Positions 9,944 to 20,483 are shown, numbered from the stretch's first letter. The stretch is 64,000 nt of DNA from an uncultured virus (IMG/VR IMGVR_UViG_3300021142_000017) (IMGVR_UViG_3300021142_000017), one strand, 5' to 3'. Notes: generated from the sequence alone by a model not told the origin. Numbers and translations: made by a program.

Positions 9944-10864
9944 TTAAGCACCAATCAGCATGAATTCACTAAACGCCGCGCCAGCCGCAGGAGAAGACCA
10001 TTGTGTTCCTGAACCTGTAGATGTAAGAACTTGACCACTTGTTCCAGCACTGCTGTTTGCAGTTAATGTTCCAGTGATAGTAAGTCCAGAAATTGTTGGG
10101 CTAGTTCCAAACACAACTGAACCGCTACCTGTTTCATCTGTAAGAGCAGATGCTAGTTGAGAAGAGGTAGTATAAGAACCAGCTGGTCCCTGTGTACCTG
10201 TGGCTCCTTGCGTTCCAATAGTTCCTTGAACACCTTGTGTTCCTTGGAGTCCCTGAGTTCCTTGCGCGCCAGTCGCACCCTGAGAACCAGTTGCTCCCTG
10301 AGAACCAGTGGTTCCCTGTGTACCCGTTGTACCTTGTGGTCCAATTGCACCCTGCGCACCAGTTGTGCCTTGAGTTCCATTAGTACCTTGAGAACCTGTA
10401 GCACCTTGTGAACCAATAATTCCTTGAATACCTTGAATACCAGTTGTACCTTGCGCACCTGTAGAGCCAGTTGTTCCTTGGCTACCTACGATACCTTGAA
10501 TGCCTTGAGCACCAGTTGTTCCAGTAGTTCCTTGGGCTCCCGTAGAACCTTGGGTTCCAGTTGCCCCTTGAGTTCCTGTAGTTCCTTGTACACCTTGGAT
10601 TCCTTGTGGTCCTGTTGAACCTTGAGTACCTAATGCACCTTGTGTACCTGTTGCACCCTGTGAACCAGTGGTTCCTTGTGGGCCTTGGATTCCTTGAACA
10701 CCTTGAATACTGTAGTACGTAATGGCGCTCCAGTTAGAGGTTCCATTACCAATCTTAAATTTACCAGTGTCACTCTCGTAACCAAACTCACCCGCAGCAA
10801 GAACGGGGTCTGTAGTGTTCCACTGAGTAGCAGTACCTCTACGTACTTGAAGTCTAATACTCAT
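9944..10864 (-). CDS. Collagen-like tail fibre with an Mtd/hyaluronidase-type N-terminal domain
   Basis: QVRRGTATQW...PVLAAGEFGYESDTGKFKIGNG followed by Gly-X-Y repeats. Confidence 0.8.
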   Translation of the reverse strand: MSIRLQVRRGTATQWNTTDPVLAAGEFGYESDTGKFKIGNGTSNWSAITYYSIQGVQGIQGPQGTTGSQGATGTQGALGTQGSTGPQGIQGVQGTTGTQGATGTQGSTGAQGTTGTTGAQGIQGIVGSQGTTGSTGAQGTTGIQGIQGIIGSQGATGSQGTNGTQGTTGAQGAIGPQGTTGTQGTTGSQGATGSQGATGAQGTQGLQGTQGVQGTIGTQGATGTQGPAGSYTTSSQLASALTDETGSGSVVFGTSPTISGLTITGTLTANSSAGTSGQVLTSTGSGTQWSSPAAGAAFSEFMLIGA

Positions 10865-11124
10865 GTCAAGATACCTCCGTCGTAAGTGTAATCAAAAAAA
10901 TTTGCATAAGGAGTTCCATTATCTGCAATAACATTCCAAGTAGTGGTGTTTGGAGCACCGCCATCTTCTGTTGCTACTGTTGGTATAAACTCTATCCAAG
11001 TAGTTCCATTGTAGACAAATAAACTTTGTGAATCCGCATTAAAGTAGACGTCTCCAGAGTACTGTCCAGTAGGAGTTGCGCTACTGGACAGTACGTTAAC
11101 TGGGACTAATGCTTTTTTGCTCAT
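10861..11124 (-). CDS. Small virion/fibre protein
   Basis: GDVYFN...LFVYNGTTW; ATGA overlap. Confidence 0.65.
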   Translation of the reverse strand: MSKKALVPVNVLSSSATPTGQYSGDVYFNADSQSLFVYNGTTWIEFIPTVATEDGGAPNTTTWNVIADNGTPYANFFDYTYDGGILT

Positions 11125-11127
11125 GGT

Positions 11128-13455
11128 TTATGCGTGTACCACAACTCGGTATGTCTCTCCTGAAGCAGGAGCTACTGCAAATCCAATAGTCACTGTGTTA
11201 GTAGTAATGTATGTTACATCAGTAACAACTTCCATTGCGCTAGAAATTTCATAGACAGTAACTTGAATGTCTGTAGTTCCTAGGTTGTGTGTAAGAGTAA
11301 ACTCTGTAGCTGAGTATGGAGTTACTGGTGTAATAGTAGAGGCGTACTTGCGCACTACTACTGCAGTATCAATTGCTACATCATCAGCATTTACAATAAT
11401 ACCCGTTCCAGCACCAACATTAAATGTTGTTCCAGACTGAGTAAGACCAGCACCTGCTGTATATGCTCCAGCGCCAGAGAATTGTGTAAATACTAGTGCT
11501 GTTGTTCCAAGAGTAATGATGTCATCAGTTGTTAAGACATAGCCATTATTTCCATTAACAGTACCTTCTGATACGAAGGTAAACAGCCCTGCAGTTACTT
11601 TTGCGTTTGAATCTGCATCTGTTGAGCGAGTAGGGGCTCCAGAAGAAGCAACTACATAAATACCATTATCAGCACCATTTGTTTGATTCTTAAGAAGGAT
11701 TCTATCGCCAGTTGCAAGTGTCACACCGTCAATTACTGAACCGTTAGCAAAGTCTGTGGCAAGAGTTCCATTAGTAGTAGTTGCAGCGCGAACAGATGCT
11801 TTAACATCTAGTCCAGTTGCAGTTGCATCTACATATGCTTTTGTAGCAATGACGCTGGTATTAACAGAAAGTACGCCAGAGCCATTAATATTAAGTGAAC
11901 TATCAGTTGAAAGAATTCCAGCGTTCTGTCCTTGGATACCCTGTACACCCTGCGTACCAGTGGTTCCTTGAGCACCTGTGTAACCTTGAATTCCTTGAGT
12001 TCCAGTCGTACCCTGTGAACCTGTGTAACCTTGGATTCCTTGGATACCCTGGGTACCTTGTGTACCTTGCGTACCAGTCGTACCTTGGCTACCAGTTGTG
12101 CCCTGAGCTCCTGTAGTTCCTTGTGAACCTGTGGTTCCCTGTACGCCTTGTAGACCTTGAACTCCTTGTGAACCTGTAGTTCCCTGAGTACCAGTTGTTC
12201 CCTGGCTACCTGTAGTTCCTTGGCTACCAGTTGTTCCCTGTGTGCCTTGAGTTCCATTAGTTCCACTAGTACCTTGTGTACCAGTAGTTCCTGTAGTTCC
12301 CTGTGGTCCTTGAATACCTTGAGTTCCCTGGGTTCCTGTTGTTCCTTGTGCACCAGTAGTGCCTTGGAATCCTTGAACACCTTGAATACCTTGGGTTCCT
12401 TGCGCTCCAGTTGTACCCTGTGCGCCAGTAGTACCTTGAGTACCTGTAGCTCCTTGGGTGCCTGTAGTTCCCTGAGCACCAGTTGTGCCTTGAGTTCCTT
12501 GGATACCGATAGCACCATCAAGATTTACTGTCCAAGATGTATAAGTTCCTGTACCAACACTTCGTGTGACTGTAACTGTAAGAGAACCAGTACCAGAGGT
12601 ATAAGCAGTAACATCTCCATAGATAACATTTGAGATTGTATTAGCAATAATTACGGACTGACCAACTGAGTAAGAAAGGTTAGTTGCTACAGTTAAAGTT
12701 TGAGAACCAGAAGCTGGAAGTGTAAGTGAGGTAGAAGAAGCAGTCTGATATTTATCTCCCGCAGTTCCCTGTGTACCCAAAGTTCCTTGAGTACCTTGGA
12801 AACCTTGTGTACCAGTTGAACCTTGGGTTCCTGTTGCTCCTTGTGAGCCAGTAGTTCCTTGGGAACCAGTTGTGCCTTGAGCACCCGTTGTTCCCTGAAA
12901 TCCTTGAATACCTTGTACGCCTTGAGCGCCCGTAGTTCCCTGAGCTCCAGTCGTGCCTTGTGAGCCAGTTGTACCCTGTGGGCTTTGAATACCCTGTGTG
13001 CCTTGAGTACCCTGCGTACCTGTAGTGCCTTGGCTACCAGTTGAACCTTGAGCACCAGTTGTACCAGTTGTGCCCTGTGAACCTGTAGTTCCCTGTGAGC
13101 CAGTTGTACCCTGCGCTCCATTTGAACCAATGTAACCTGCAGTACCTTGTGCACCAGTTGTACCTTGTGAGCCTGTTGTACCCTGCGTACCAGTGGTGCC
13201 TTGAGTACCAGTGGTTCCCTGTGAGCCAGTTGTTCCTTGGCTTCCAGTTGTTCCTTGCGTACCGTTTGCTCCTTGAGCACCTGTGCTTGTGTTAATCCAA
13301 GCAGTGCCATTCCATGAGCGTAAATAACCAAGGTTTGTATCAAAATAGATTTGACCAACGACTGGTGAAGATGGGGCGGACGCTAAGTTTTGAACTATAG
13401 CATTTTGTAGCTCTAATTTGTTTAAATCAATTGGTGTTAAAAACTTACGTGCCAT
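11128..13455 (-). CDS. Large collagen-like fibre protein
   Basis: Two long (GxQGTT)n tracts; ATKAYVD and IDGVTLATGDRILLKNQT...NGIY domain; C-terminal THNLGT domain. Confidence 0.8.
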   Translation of the reverse strand: MARKFLTPIDLNKLELQNAIVQNLASAPSSPVVGQIYFDTNLGYLRSWNGTAWINTSTGAQGANGTQGTTGSQGTTGSQGTTGTQGTTGTQGTTGSQGTTGAQGTAGYIGSNGAQGTTGSQGTTGSQGTTGTTGAQGSTGSQGTTGTQGTQGTQGIQSPQGTTGSQGTTGAQGTTGAQGVQGIQGFQGTTGAQGTTGSQGTTGSQGATGTQGSTGTQGFQGTQGTLGTQGTAGDKYQTASSTSLTLPASGSQTLTVATNLSYSVGQSVIIANTISNVIYGDVTAYTSGTGSLTVTVTRSVGTGTYTSWTVNLDGAIGIQGTQGTTGAQGTTGTQGATGTQGTTGAQGTTGAQGTQGIQGVQGFQGTTGAQGTTGTQGTQGIQGPQGTTGTTGTQGTSGTNGTQGTQGTTGSQGTTGSQGTTGTQGTTGSQGVQGLQGVQGTTGSQGTTGAQGTTGSQGTTGTQGTQGTQGIQGIQGYTGSQGTTGTQGIQGYTGAQGTTGTQGVQGIQGQNAGILSTDSSLNINGSGVLSVNTSVIATKAYVDATATGLDVKASVRAATTTNGTLATDFANGSVIDGVTLATGDRILLKNQTNGADNGIYVVASSGAPTRSTDADSNAKVTAGLFTFVSEGTVNGNNGYVLTTDDIITLGTTALVFTQFSGAGAYTAGAGLTQSGTTFNVGAGTGIIVNADDVAIDTAVVVRKYASTITPVTPYSATEFTLTHNLGTTDIQVTVYEISSAMEVVTDVTYITTNTVTIGFAVAPASGETYRVVVHA

Positions 13456-13469
13456 TTATTTTATCTCCT

Positions 13470-14183
13470 CTAAGATAAATATGCTTTGCCTGAAAAAGCT
13501 GCTGAAAAAGTGACCGTAAGTGAGACCGAATCAGTATAGGCTATTTCGCCTTCATAAATAGTACCAGCAGAATCTTGAACTGTAAGGTTAGGATAAAAAC
13601 CTAAATTATGATTTATTGTCCAAGTATTGCTAGCAACACCTTGAGTATGGGTATAAGCCACTCTTGATGTTTTAAAGTACAGATTGGTAACCCCCTCAGT
13701 TAGGTCATCTGTAGAACCTAAAGCAGAGCCTGAAATTGCATCCGATAGTTGTTGGAGAGTAACCCCACCACCATCTGTTCCCTTAAGACCTTGTATACCT
13801 TGAACTCCAGCACCTGTAGCACCCTGAGTACCAGTAGCTCCCTGTGTACCTGTATAACCCTGAACACCATTATGTCCAGCAGAACCTTGTAGGCCATAAA
13901 AACCTTGGATACCTTGTAAGCCTTGAGTACCTTGTGCTTGGTTAAAACCGCCGCCCTGTAAACCTTGAGAACCTTGTACACCTTGACCTGCGTATTGTCC
14001 ATGAATACCTTGGGTACCTTGACCGCCTTGAACACCTTGTACGCCTTGTGTTCCTTGCGTACTAAATCCAGGAAGTCCGCCTGTTTGTGTTGAAGGGATT
14101 ACGTTAACAACTACTGGAGCAGGGGTTACTACTTGGATAGCGCATTGGCATGGCCAGTTATTACAAGAGTGACAGTAACTCAA
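13470..14183 (-). CDS. Collagen-like virion protein
   Basis: Gly-X-Y repeats; TDDLTEG..NLYF; WTINHNLG.YP. TTG start is uncertain. Confidence 0.7.
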   Translation of the reverse strand: MSYCHSCNNWPCQCAIQVVTPAPVVVNVIPSTQTGGLPGFSTQGTQGVQGVQGGQGTQGIHGQYAGQGVQGSQGLQGGGFNQAQGTQGLQGIQGFYGLQGSAGHNGVQGYTGTQGATGTQGATGAGVQGIQGLKGTDGGGVTLQQLSDAISGSALGSTDDLTEGVTNLYFKTSRVAYTHTQGVASNTWTINHNLGFYPNLTVQDSAGTIYEGEIAYTDSVSLTVTFSAAFSGKAYLS

Positions 14184-14186
14184 TTG

Positions 14187-15275
14187 TTACCAGCTTCCGT
14201 TTAGCGCACCTGAAGAGTTAGTTACAGCTTGGGTAACAAAAGTTTGACCCTTAACGTAAGTAACGGCGACTTCGGTGTTTGCAATCTCTGTTGCTAGTAG
14301 GTCCCAGAATCCACGTACAGGCAGGTAATTAGTGTCATCAACATTAAGCGATAGCTGTACCTTACTTAGTGTTGAAGATGTAGATAGGAGGGTAACTGTA
14401 AAATTGGCGTATAGGGAAGGTGCATTTGGATAGGTACGAATCTGTGCAGCCCAGGTAAACAAAGAAGCATCAAATGGGAAATCAAACTCTACAGAGAAGC
14501 TGTTTCCTTGGGTAATAACTAAATCGTAGTTTTGAGCTGTTGAAGGCAATGGGCTACGTCCAGTAAGGTTATTAGTAATATAGACGCGCTCTGGCTTACG
14601 AGAATCATCAACTTCTTGAGTTACATAGACAGGTACGTACTTGTTAGTTGTACGTGAGGTACGGATAAGCGTACCCATTTCAATCTTCCATAGACCAACG
14701 TTAAGCTGGGCACAGAGAGTCTTATACTGCTCCCAACGCTGTTGAATAATAGATGTGAGCTGGCGGTAACGCTCAGAGCGAGGAATATTTACTCCGTCTG
14801 GTGCCTGAATATCGATATCAAAAGCAGAGTCTGTAGCAAGAGCCCATAGAGCCTCAATGGTTGCAAGGATAGCAACTGGATACTCTTCTACTGGTGAGAT
14901 GCTGGCAATGGTAACTAAAGACCCGTAAGAATCAACGCGGTTATATGTATGCTGGTTTACAGCATCGTTAATAAAGTTACATAGCTCAGAGTCTAGGAAA
15001 TATCGGTCTTGAAGACCTGTTACTGCAATAGTAGAGCCGCTAACAGGGGCGGTTGCAAAGGTAATAATGCCTGTGTCTTCTTCAACTGTATAGCCGTAAG
15101 GATACCCAATAGGATTGCCGTTAATTGTTACATAGAGGTTAGCGGTCTCGATGGGTTTAATCCCAGTGGGAAATACGGTGGTAGTTCCGTCACCAGCAGT
15201 AGTAAAACTAAAATTCTTTTGTAAATCGCCTAGTTCTAGACGGACTCTAGAGAGTATGTCAGACAGAACGGCCAC
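14187..15275 (-). CDS. Virion structural protein (head-tail connector-like)
   Basis: LSRVRLELGD...FINDA adaptor-like segments, then a beta domain (ITQGNSFS...WAAQIR); downstream of the capsid genes. Confidence 0.55.
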   Translation of the reverse strand: MAVLSDILSRVRLELGDLQKNFSFTTAGDGTTTVFPTGIKPIETANLYVTINGNPIGYPYGYTVEEDTGIITFATAPVSGSTIAVTGLQDRYFLDSELCNFINDAVNQHTYNRVDSYGSLVTIASISPVEEYPVAILATIEALWALATDSAFDIDIQAPDGVNIPRSERYRQLTSIIQQRWEQYKTLCAQLNVGLWKIEMGTLIRTSRTTNKYVPVYVTQEVDDSRKPERVYITNNLTGRSPLPSTAQNYDLVITQGNSFSVEFDFPFDASLFTWAAQIRTYPNAPSLYANFTVTLLSTSSTLSKVQLSLNVDDTNYLPVRGFWDLLATEIANTEVAVTYVKGQTFVTQAVTNSSGALNGSW

Positions 15276-15303
15276 AGAAACTCCCTACATTACGGTGTAT
15301 ATA

Positions 15304-15338
15304 ATGATGTCAATAAATCTTTAAAAAGTCTGTACAAA
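15304..15338 (-). promoter_or_regulatory. Putative late promoter
   Basis: TTTGT-ACAGAC-18 nt-CATCAT. Confidence 0.45.
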
Positions 15339-15340
15339 CG

Positions 15341-15363
15341 AAGAAGGCGCCTCGAAAGGCGCC
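15341..15363 (-). terminator. Intrinsic terminator
   Basis: GGCGCCT-4 nt-AGGCGCC hairpin followed by TTCTT on the minus strand. Confidence 0.65.
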
Positions 15364-15382
15364 CACTTCTAACAGGTTATTA

Positions 15383-15751
15383 TTAAATGACGCCTGCTAA
15401 ATAGCCTTTTTCCTTTAGGTGATTTGCAACTGATTGCTTTACCTTGTACTTTTGACCTGCTTTAAAGTTGTAGTTGTTTCCATGTCCAAGAGTCATGTTT
15501 TCAATATCTTGAACTACACGAATTTCAACTTCAGCTTCATCGGTTGAACCGACAGTGATTGCATCATCTACAATTACTGTAGCGCGGTTAGGCTGTGTTG
15601 CGTCAATGACACTTGTCTCTAGGTCAATTTTTGCCTGAGCTGTTGCCATGGACATTTTATTAGCGGCATCCTGCTGAGCTTCAATTGCTTGTCCAGCAAG
15701 TTGCTCTCGCATGCGGCCTGTTACATCAGTGGGCTTTGCTTTTGTTGCCAT
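15383..15751 (-). CDS. Capsid-associated protein
   Basis: MATKAKPTD start with GGAG RBS (later than the ORF-track start); directly after the major capsid gene. Confidence 0.6.
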   Translation of the reverse strand: MATKAKPTDVTGRMREQLAGQAIEAQQDAANKMSMATAQAKIDLETSVIDATQPNRATVIVDDAITVGSTDEAEVEIRVVQDIENMTLGHGNNYNFKAGQKYKVKQSVANHLKEKGYLAGVI

Positions 15752-15780
15752 GAATTTCTCCAATTTAATATCTCGGTTGA

Positions 15781-15806
15781 ATAAGGCGGCCCCCGAAGAG
15801 GCCGCC
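15781..15806 (-). terminator. Terminator or processing hairpin after the major capsid gene
   Basis: GGCGGCC...GGCCGCC stem with a TTCG-containing loop on the minus strand. Confidence 0.6.
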
Positions 15807-15843
15807 CTTTAATCTATTAAGTTTTTTTGAAACTAGGTTTTAG

Positions 15844-16914
15844 TTAATTGGTTTCCGCTATTACTACAGATTGGTCAGTGATTAGACCAAGTCCGAAGAT
15901 TGAGTACCAAGCAAGTGCATGCTCACGACCGAAGTCAAGAATACCGCCATCGCGGAGTTCAACTGGAAGTGAGATAGCGTGACCGAATGCGTTATCTCCA
16001 ATGAAGATAGCTGAGTAACGGTCTGAGCCACCATTACCTGTGTATGTAGCAGGGGTTGTGTAACCTCCGCCAGGTACTACTACAGGTGAAGCAACTGCTG
16101 TGTCAGCTGTGTAAGATGCACCAGCACCACCAGTAACCTTGAGAACTTGTGTTGTCTCAATGAATACTGTGTCGTATAGACGGCCAATCTCACCGAGCAT
16201 GAAGTTACCTGGAGCGGCATACTTTGTGACTTCGATGAATTCAGGCATGTCACGTAGACGACGTGATTGGTGTGGGTGAACGAATGCAACGTAAGTTTCG
16301 CCCAAACGAGGGATGTTCTTGGTTGCTAGTGTCTCGGCAGCATCTTTGATGGTGCGAGGTGTTAGGTAGTAAGAACCTGTCATGCTTGCGCGTGATGTTC
16401 CTTCTGTACCGTATGCGTACCAGTTGTTAACAGCTGATAGGTTTGAGCGGTCTTCACCGTAGATGGTTGAAGATGCTGAGTATAGTGTGTCGCGTGAAAG
16501 CTGGTCTAGATAGATAGCCATGTTACGACCGAGAAGACGTGAGGCTGAAGCCATTACGTCATCGAATGAAGCGTTCAATAGAAGCTCAGAAACAGCAAGA
16601 GCATAACCATGCTCTGTTACTGTGATTGAGAACTGTTGAGCTGTAAGTGCGTTAGTCTGCATACGGACACCTTCAACAAGAGGTGAAGCGAATCCGAGGT
16701 TGTTGTAACGCATGAAGTTGATTTGAAGACCAGGGGCAACACCGAGTTCAGTCTTCTTGACTGCGAACTGCTCAAAGCGAAGGATAGGCATTGCTTGGAA
16801 CAAGATTTCCTTGGACCAGATTGTCTGAATCGCTTGAGTCAGCTGGGTGTTGGTACCTGAGTATGCTGTTGGTGAGGCTGCTAGTGAGCCTGTTCCTGTG
16901 ATACCTGATGCCAT
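15844..16914 (-). CDS. Major capsid protein (N4 gp56-like)
   Basis: 356 aa; LVEG, EHGYA, YVAFVHP, GEIGRLY..VFIET and DFGRE motifs; portal-scaffold-capsid order; strongly biased codons. Confidence 0.9.
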   Translation of the reverse strand: MASGITGTGSLAASPTAYSGTNTQLTQAIQTIWSKEILFQAMPILRFEQFAVKKTELGVAPGLQINFMRYNNLGFASPLVEGVRMQTNALTAQQFSITVTEHGYALAVSELLLNASFDDVMASASRLLGRNMAIYLDQLSRDTLYSASSTIYGEDRSNLSAVNNWYAYGTEGTSRASMTGSYYLTPRTIKDAAETLATKNIPRLGETYVAFVHPHQSRRLRDMPEFIEVTKYAAPGNFMLGEIGRLYDTVFIETTQVLKVTGGAGASYTADTAVASPVVVPGGGYTTPATYTGNGGSDRYSAIFIGDNAFGHAISLPVELRDGGILDFGREHALAWYSIFGLGLITDQSVVIAETN

Positions 16915-16952
16915 TTAGCTATAACTCCTTATATATAGGGTTGGGTTTGGTT

Positions 16953-17744
16953 TTAGCCGAAAATCCCACGAGACTTACCACGAGCTGAATCGCTCATAAG
17001 CTTGTCTCTGTATTTTGCGTATTCGTTTACCGACATAGCTGCAATATCTGCAGCCGTGAACTGACGTGATTCCATATTAGTTTCCAATGGTCCAGCTGTT
17101 GGTGCATTTGTGCTAGCACCGCGCATTTCTTTGCGGGCATTCTGCATAGCAGATTGCGCCGATTCAAGAATTCTTTCTGAACGTGCTTTTAATCCTTCAA
17201 CACTTGCTTGGACTTCTTCGCGAGTATTACCAGCGATAAGGTCTAGCAGGTCAGGAATAATGTTCTCACGTTCTTGTTCTACTAACTGTTGGCGATAAGA
17301 TTGCAAATCTGCGTATTGCTTTTCGCGCTCCAGAAGAGCGAAGGCTCGTTCGCGTTCTTGACGCTCACGCTCCAACTGCTCTCGCAACTCATCAGTCGTA
17401 AGCTTAATCAAATCCTTGGCGTCCAAGTCTTCCATAAGCTTAGCCTTTGCTTCGGCCGCTTCAGCATCTGCTTCAGCTGCCTTGCGAGCTGCTTGTTCTT
17501 CTTTTTCTTTACTAAGAGAATTAACTTGTTCCTTTAGTCTTTCTATTTCTGGGTACAACTTATCTTTCTCTTGAGAACGAACTTTTGCTAAGTCATCTTC
17601 AGTATAAAACTTTTGAGATTTAGTTGATTCTTTCTCTAGTCCAATTTCAACAGTAGGCGCGTCAACGCCCGACACATTTACTACTGGAGCTACGTTAGCT
17701 TCAGCTTCAAAAGCCTCAGCCATTACTTCTGCAGTTTCTGCCAT
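16953..17744 (-). CDS. Capsid scaffolding protein
   Basis: Acidic coiled coil between portal and capsid; C-terminal IAAMSVNEYAKYR. Confidence 0.75.
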   Translation of the reverse strand: MAETAEVMAEAFEAEANVAPVVNVSGVDAPTVEIGLEKESTKSQKFYTEDDLAKVRSQEKDKLYPEIERLKEQVNSLSKEKEEQAARKAAEADAEAAEAKAKLMEDLDAKDLIKLTTDELREQLERERQERERAFALLEREKQYADLQSYRQQLVEQERENIIPDLLDLIAGNTREEVQASVEGLKARSERILESAQSAMQNARKEMRGASTNAPTAGPLETNMESRQFTAADIAAMSVNEYAKYRDKLMSDSARGKSRGIFG

Positions 17745-17812
17745 GCTTATATCCTTTTATCCTAGGGGTCGTTTTCCGATATGAGAGCACAAATGACCTA
17801 ACGTGTATTCTT

Positions 17813-17847
17813 ATTTTGTCGTTTTAGTGCGAAATTGTCAGTGCAAA
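17813..17847 (-). promoter_or_regulatory. Putative late promoter for scaffold/capsid
   Basis: TTTGC-ACTGAC-18 nt-CAAAAT. Confidence 0.5.
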
Positions 17848-17852
17848 GCACT

Positions 17853-19571
17853 TTATTTTTCGTACTCTTGCGGCACCCTTCTCTGAGGAATTTTCGTACC
17901 GTAAGCATTAGTTACCAACTTCTCACGTAGGGAATTTCCTCCTAGTTGGGCCGCAATAGTTGCATCATCCATAACAACAGGTTCTGTAGGGGTCACAGGT
18001 ACTTGCTCTCCTGAAGGTCCTGCTGATGAAAGTGGGGTAGAGCCAGCTCCTTGAGCGCCAGGCATAGCTCCAGTAATAGATGCAATGTCCTGTTCAATTT
18101 GGGTCTGGATAAGCTTAAGAGCCCCATCTGCAACAGCGTCATCTTGAAGTTCTTGACGAATTTCTGTGAGCTTCTCTGTTGGGAACTCCTCACCAAGTGT
18201 ACGAAGAGCGCCTTCCTTAGACTCAAGACCAAGAGATAGCTTGCTCTGGATTTCATTAAGAGCAATCAACTTATCTAGTGGCAATGGTTGTGGGAAATGA
18301 ATATATGATTGATAGGTAATAGGGTCATTAAAATCAAGTTGAGCAAGCTGTCCATCTTTTAGAGGAACTGTGCTTGCATTAGGGTCCCAAGTAAATACTT
18401 CTGGCTCTTTAAGGGCAAGGTTTAATAGAATTAGCTCATTGACACGCTGTAAACCATGTGCGTATTGAATAATTTTTTGGTGGTAACGGTTCATCAAAGG
18501 TTGGAATTGAATACTAAGCGCAACCCCAGATGTGTTTGAGATTGGTTGCGCTTGGCCCAAGGCAGTCTCAGGGACGCCAACCATTTCGTGCATAGACTTC
18601 TTAAGCATAGCCATAAAGTCCATGGCGCCCTTTAGTCCTTGTGAGCCACCTTCAAGATTTTCAACTCGTGCGTCTTTTGGAAGCCCGCCCCAGACCTTAT
18701 TAGCGCCTTTTTCAAGTTGGCTTGCTTTCGCTCCAATAATAACTGTAACGGGTGCGGCATGATAATTAACGATATCAGCGATGTCTGTAGCAGTTTCATT
18801 GTAAGCGCGATTAATGTTAATGATATCGTTGCAGTCACTAAGACCCCAAGGACTGCCGCTAATACGAACGTTCGGAATATGAACAACAGGAATAACACCA
18901 AGCGGATTAGGGCGAGAGTCAATAAGTTCATCATTTATGTATTCCTCAATTACATCGTCTGTAAGGATTTCTGTGTAGGTAAATACCTGACGTGTTCCTT
19001 CTAAAGATGTGCCCCAGAAACGGTACTTAAGTTTAAAACGAATCAGGCGCTCACGGTCATGTGGATGGAACTCAGGAAAAGCAAAAGACGAGTTCAGGGG
19101 AAGAACACGAACTCGTCCTGGATGGTTGCGACCCGCTGGGTCTGTATAAGCCTCTTCATAGGCAACTTTAATAAAGCAATCGCCAGATACTGCGCCTTGT
19201 TGTCCAATTTCCCAAAGGACTGTTGCTTTGTTATTGTCTACTTCCCATGCACGTTCTAGTAGGTCTGGGATTATTGCTTCTGTCTGTTTAGGTGAACGAA
19301 AGTTAACACCTTTACCAAAAGTAAAGTTAATTACAAAATCTGTAAAAGCGCGATAATAGTTAAGCGCTATTTGGGTCTCACCTGTTTGACGGCGATAAGA
19401 CCAATGATGGCCCAGGTACATTGCCCAGTTAAGTGAGTAACGGTTTAGGCGTGGTCCGTGTACTTCAAATTCTTCATCAGCAAGCTCAACAAGTCCCAGT
19501 GGGGATATGGAGATGGTTAAGTCAGAGGAGGCTGCGCGATAACTCGGAGGGGAGAAATCAATACCGCTCAC
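17853..19571 (-). CDS. Portal protein
   Basis: 572 aa; NPLGVIPVVHIPN...WGLSD and NTSGVAL motifs of SPP1 gp6-like portals; gene position. Confidence 0.85.
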   Translation of the reverse strand: MSGIDFSPPSYRAASSDLTISISPLGLVELADEEFEVHGPRLNRYSLNWAMYLGHHWSYRRQTGETQIALNYYRAFTDFVINFTFGKGVNFRSPKQTEAIIPDLLERAWEVDNNKATVLWEIGQQGAVSGDCFIKVAYEEAYTDPAGRNHPGRVRVLPLNSSFAFPEFHPHDRERLIRFKLKYRFWGTSLEGTRQVFTYTEILTDDVIEEYINDELIDSRPNPLGVIPVVHIPNVRISGSPWGLSDCNDIININRAYNETATDIADIVNYHAAPVTVIIGAKASQLEKGANKVWGGLPKDARVENLEGGSQGLKGAMDFMAMLKKSMHEMVGVPETALGQAQPISNTSGVALSIQFQPLMNRYHQKIIQYAHGLQRVNELILLNLALKEPEVFTWDPNASTVPLKDGQLAQLDFNDPITYQSYIHFPQPLPLDKLIALNEIQSKLSLGLESKEGALRTLGEEFPTEKLTEIRQELQDDAVADGALKLIQTQIEQDIASITGAMPGAQGAGSTPLSSAGPSGEQVPVTPTEPVVMDDATIAAQLGGNSLREKLVTNAYGTKIPQRRVPQEYEK

Positions 19572-19639
19572 AAGTCACCTCTTTCCCTAGAATGTACATA
19601 GAATACCACATTGTCGATAAATCTTTAAAACGACACGGT

Positions 19640-19948
19640 CTATCTGAAGCGTTCGCCTCGAATTGACCCAGTACCTATTTGTTTTGTTACTTTTGCTTTT
19701 TGTTCTTTTTCTTTTTTCTTCTGAGCTTCATGAACATAGTCACGAAAGCGTGGGTCTACTTCTTTCTTAGATGACACAAATCTCCCGCCAAGTTGCACGT
19801 AACGGGAATGAACCCAGTGTGCAGCTGCAGGAGATGGATAGGTACGAAACTTTGCTCTAGCTTGAGCTGTAAGCATGTTCCAAAGTTTTGGGTTAGCAGG
19901 CTCCTGATGAGGAGACTTTTTAACTTCTCTACCTGATATTAGTGCCAT
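19640..19948 (-). CDS. Basic hypothetical protein
   Basis: PANPKLW...YPSPAAAHWV..Y..LGG; Lys/Arg-rich. Confidence 0.65.
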   Translation of the reverse strand: MALISGREVKKSPHQEPANPKLWNMLTAQARAKFRTYPSPAAAHWVHSRYVQLGGRFVSSKKEVDPRFRDYVHEAQKKKEKEQKAKVTKQIGTGSIRGERFR

Positions 19949-20010
19949 AGGAAATCCTAAGTACCACCCCTGCTAGCACGTGGATAGCAGGGATAGATGA
20001 CTTAGTTAAA

Positions 20011-20409
20011 TTAGTCCTGAACTACTGCAGCGTTGCCAGCCTTTTGGTTAGCTCCGTTACGAACAACTTCTTCGATACGGTTATCACCATGGTCAGCAAA
20101 ACCACCAGCAGCAAACTCAGAAAGATGTGATGGGGCTTCTACCCAAGCAGCAGAACCGACATGTGCGCGTTCACGCATTGTCTCTTCTGGAAGCTTTTCA
20201 AATACATTCTGATTGCGATTTGGACGACCTGCTGCAGGAACATATCCTTGCATAGCGCCCTTTGAGAATTCATTTGGAACATCTGTGTCTGTTGCGATTC
20301 CCTCTTCAAAACGAAGTGGTCCGCGTTGTCCTGGAGTTGCAGGAGAAACTTTACGGTCGTAAACGTTTCCTGGACGCTCTGGGAACTTTGGGTCTGGTGC
20401 AATTGTCAT
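20011..20409 (-). CDS. Hypothetical late protein
   Basis: AAGGAG RBS, own late-type promoter, capsid-like codon bias. Confidence 0.7.
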   Translation of the reverse strand: MTIAPDPKFPERPGNVYDRKVSPATPGQRGPLRFEEGIATDTDVPNEFSKGAMQGYVPAAGRPNRNQNVFEKLPEETMRERAHVGSAAWVEAPSHLSEFAAGGFADHGDNRIEEVVRNGANQKAGNAAVVQD

Positions 20410-20445
20410 TTAAGACTCCTTATAGGTTGAGGTACCTCGTAGAAA

Positions 20446-20480
20446 AGTGTGCTACAGAATTGCTGTAAAGTCAGGTTAAA
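20446..20480 (-). promoter_or_regulatory. Putative late promoter
   Basis: TTTAA-CCTGAC-18 nt-CACACT. Confidence 0.5.
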
Positions 20481-20483
20481 GTC

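Noticed and set aside
10153..14035. Alternative-frame and antisense ORFs over the collagen genes (e.g. 11829-12521, 12693-13358)
   Set aside because: Shadow frames produced by repetitive codons; no RBS or domain signal
9944..14183. Long 9/18-bp-period tandem repeats as a CRISPR array or DNA satellite
   Set aside because: They encode collagen-like Gly-X-Y tracts with synonymous variation and have no unique spacers
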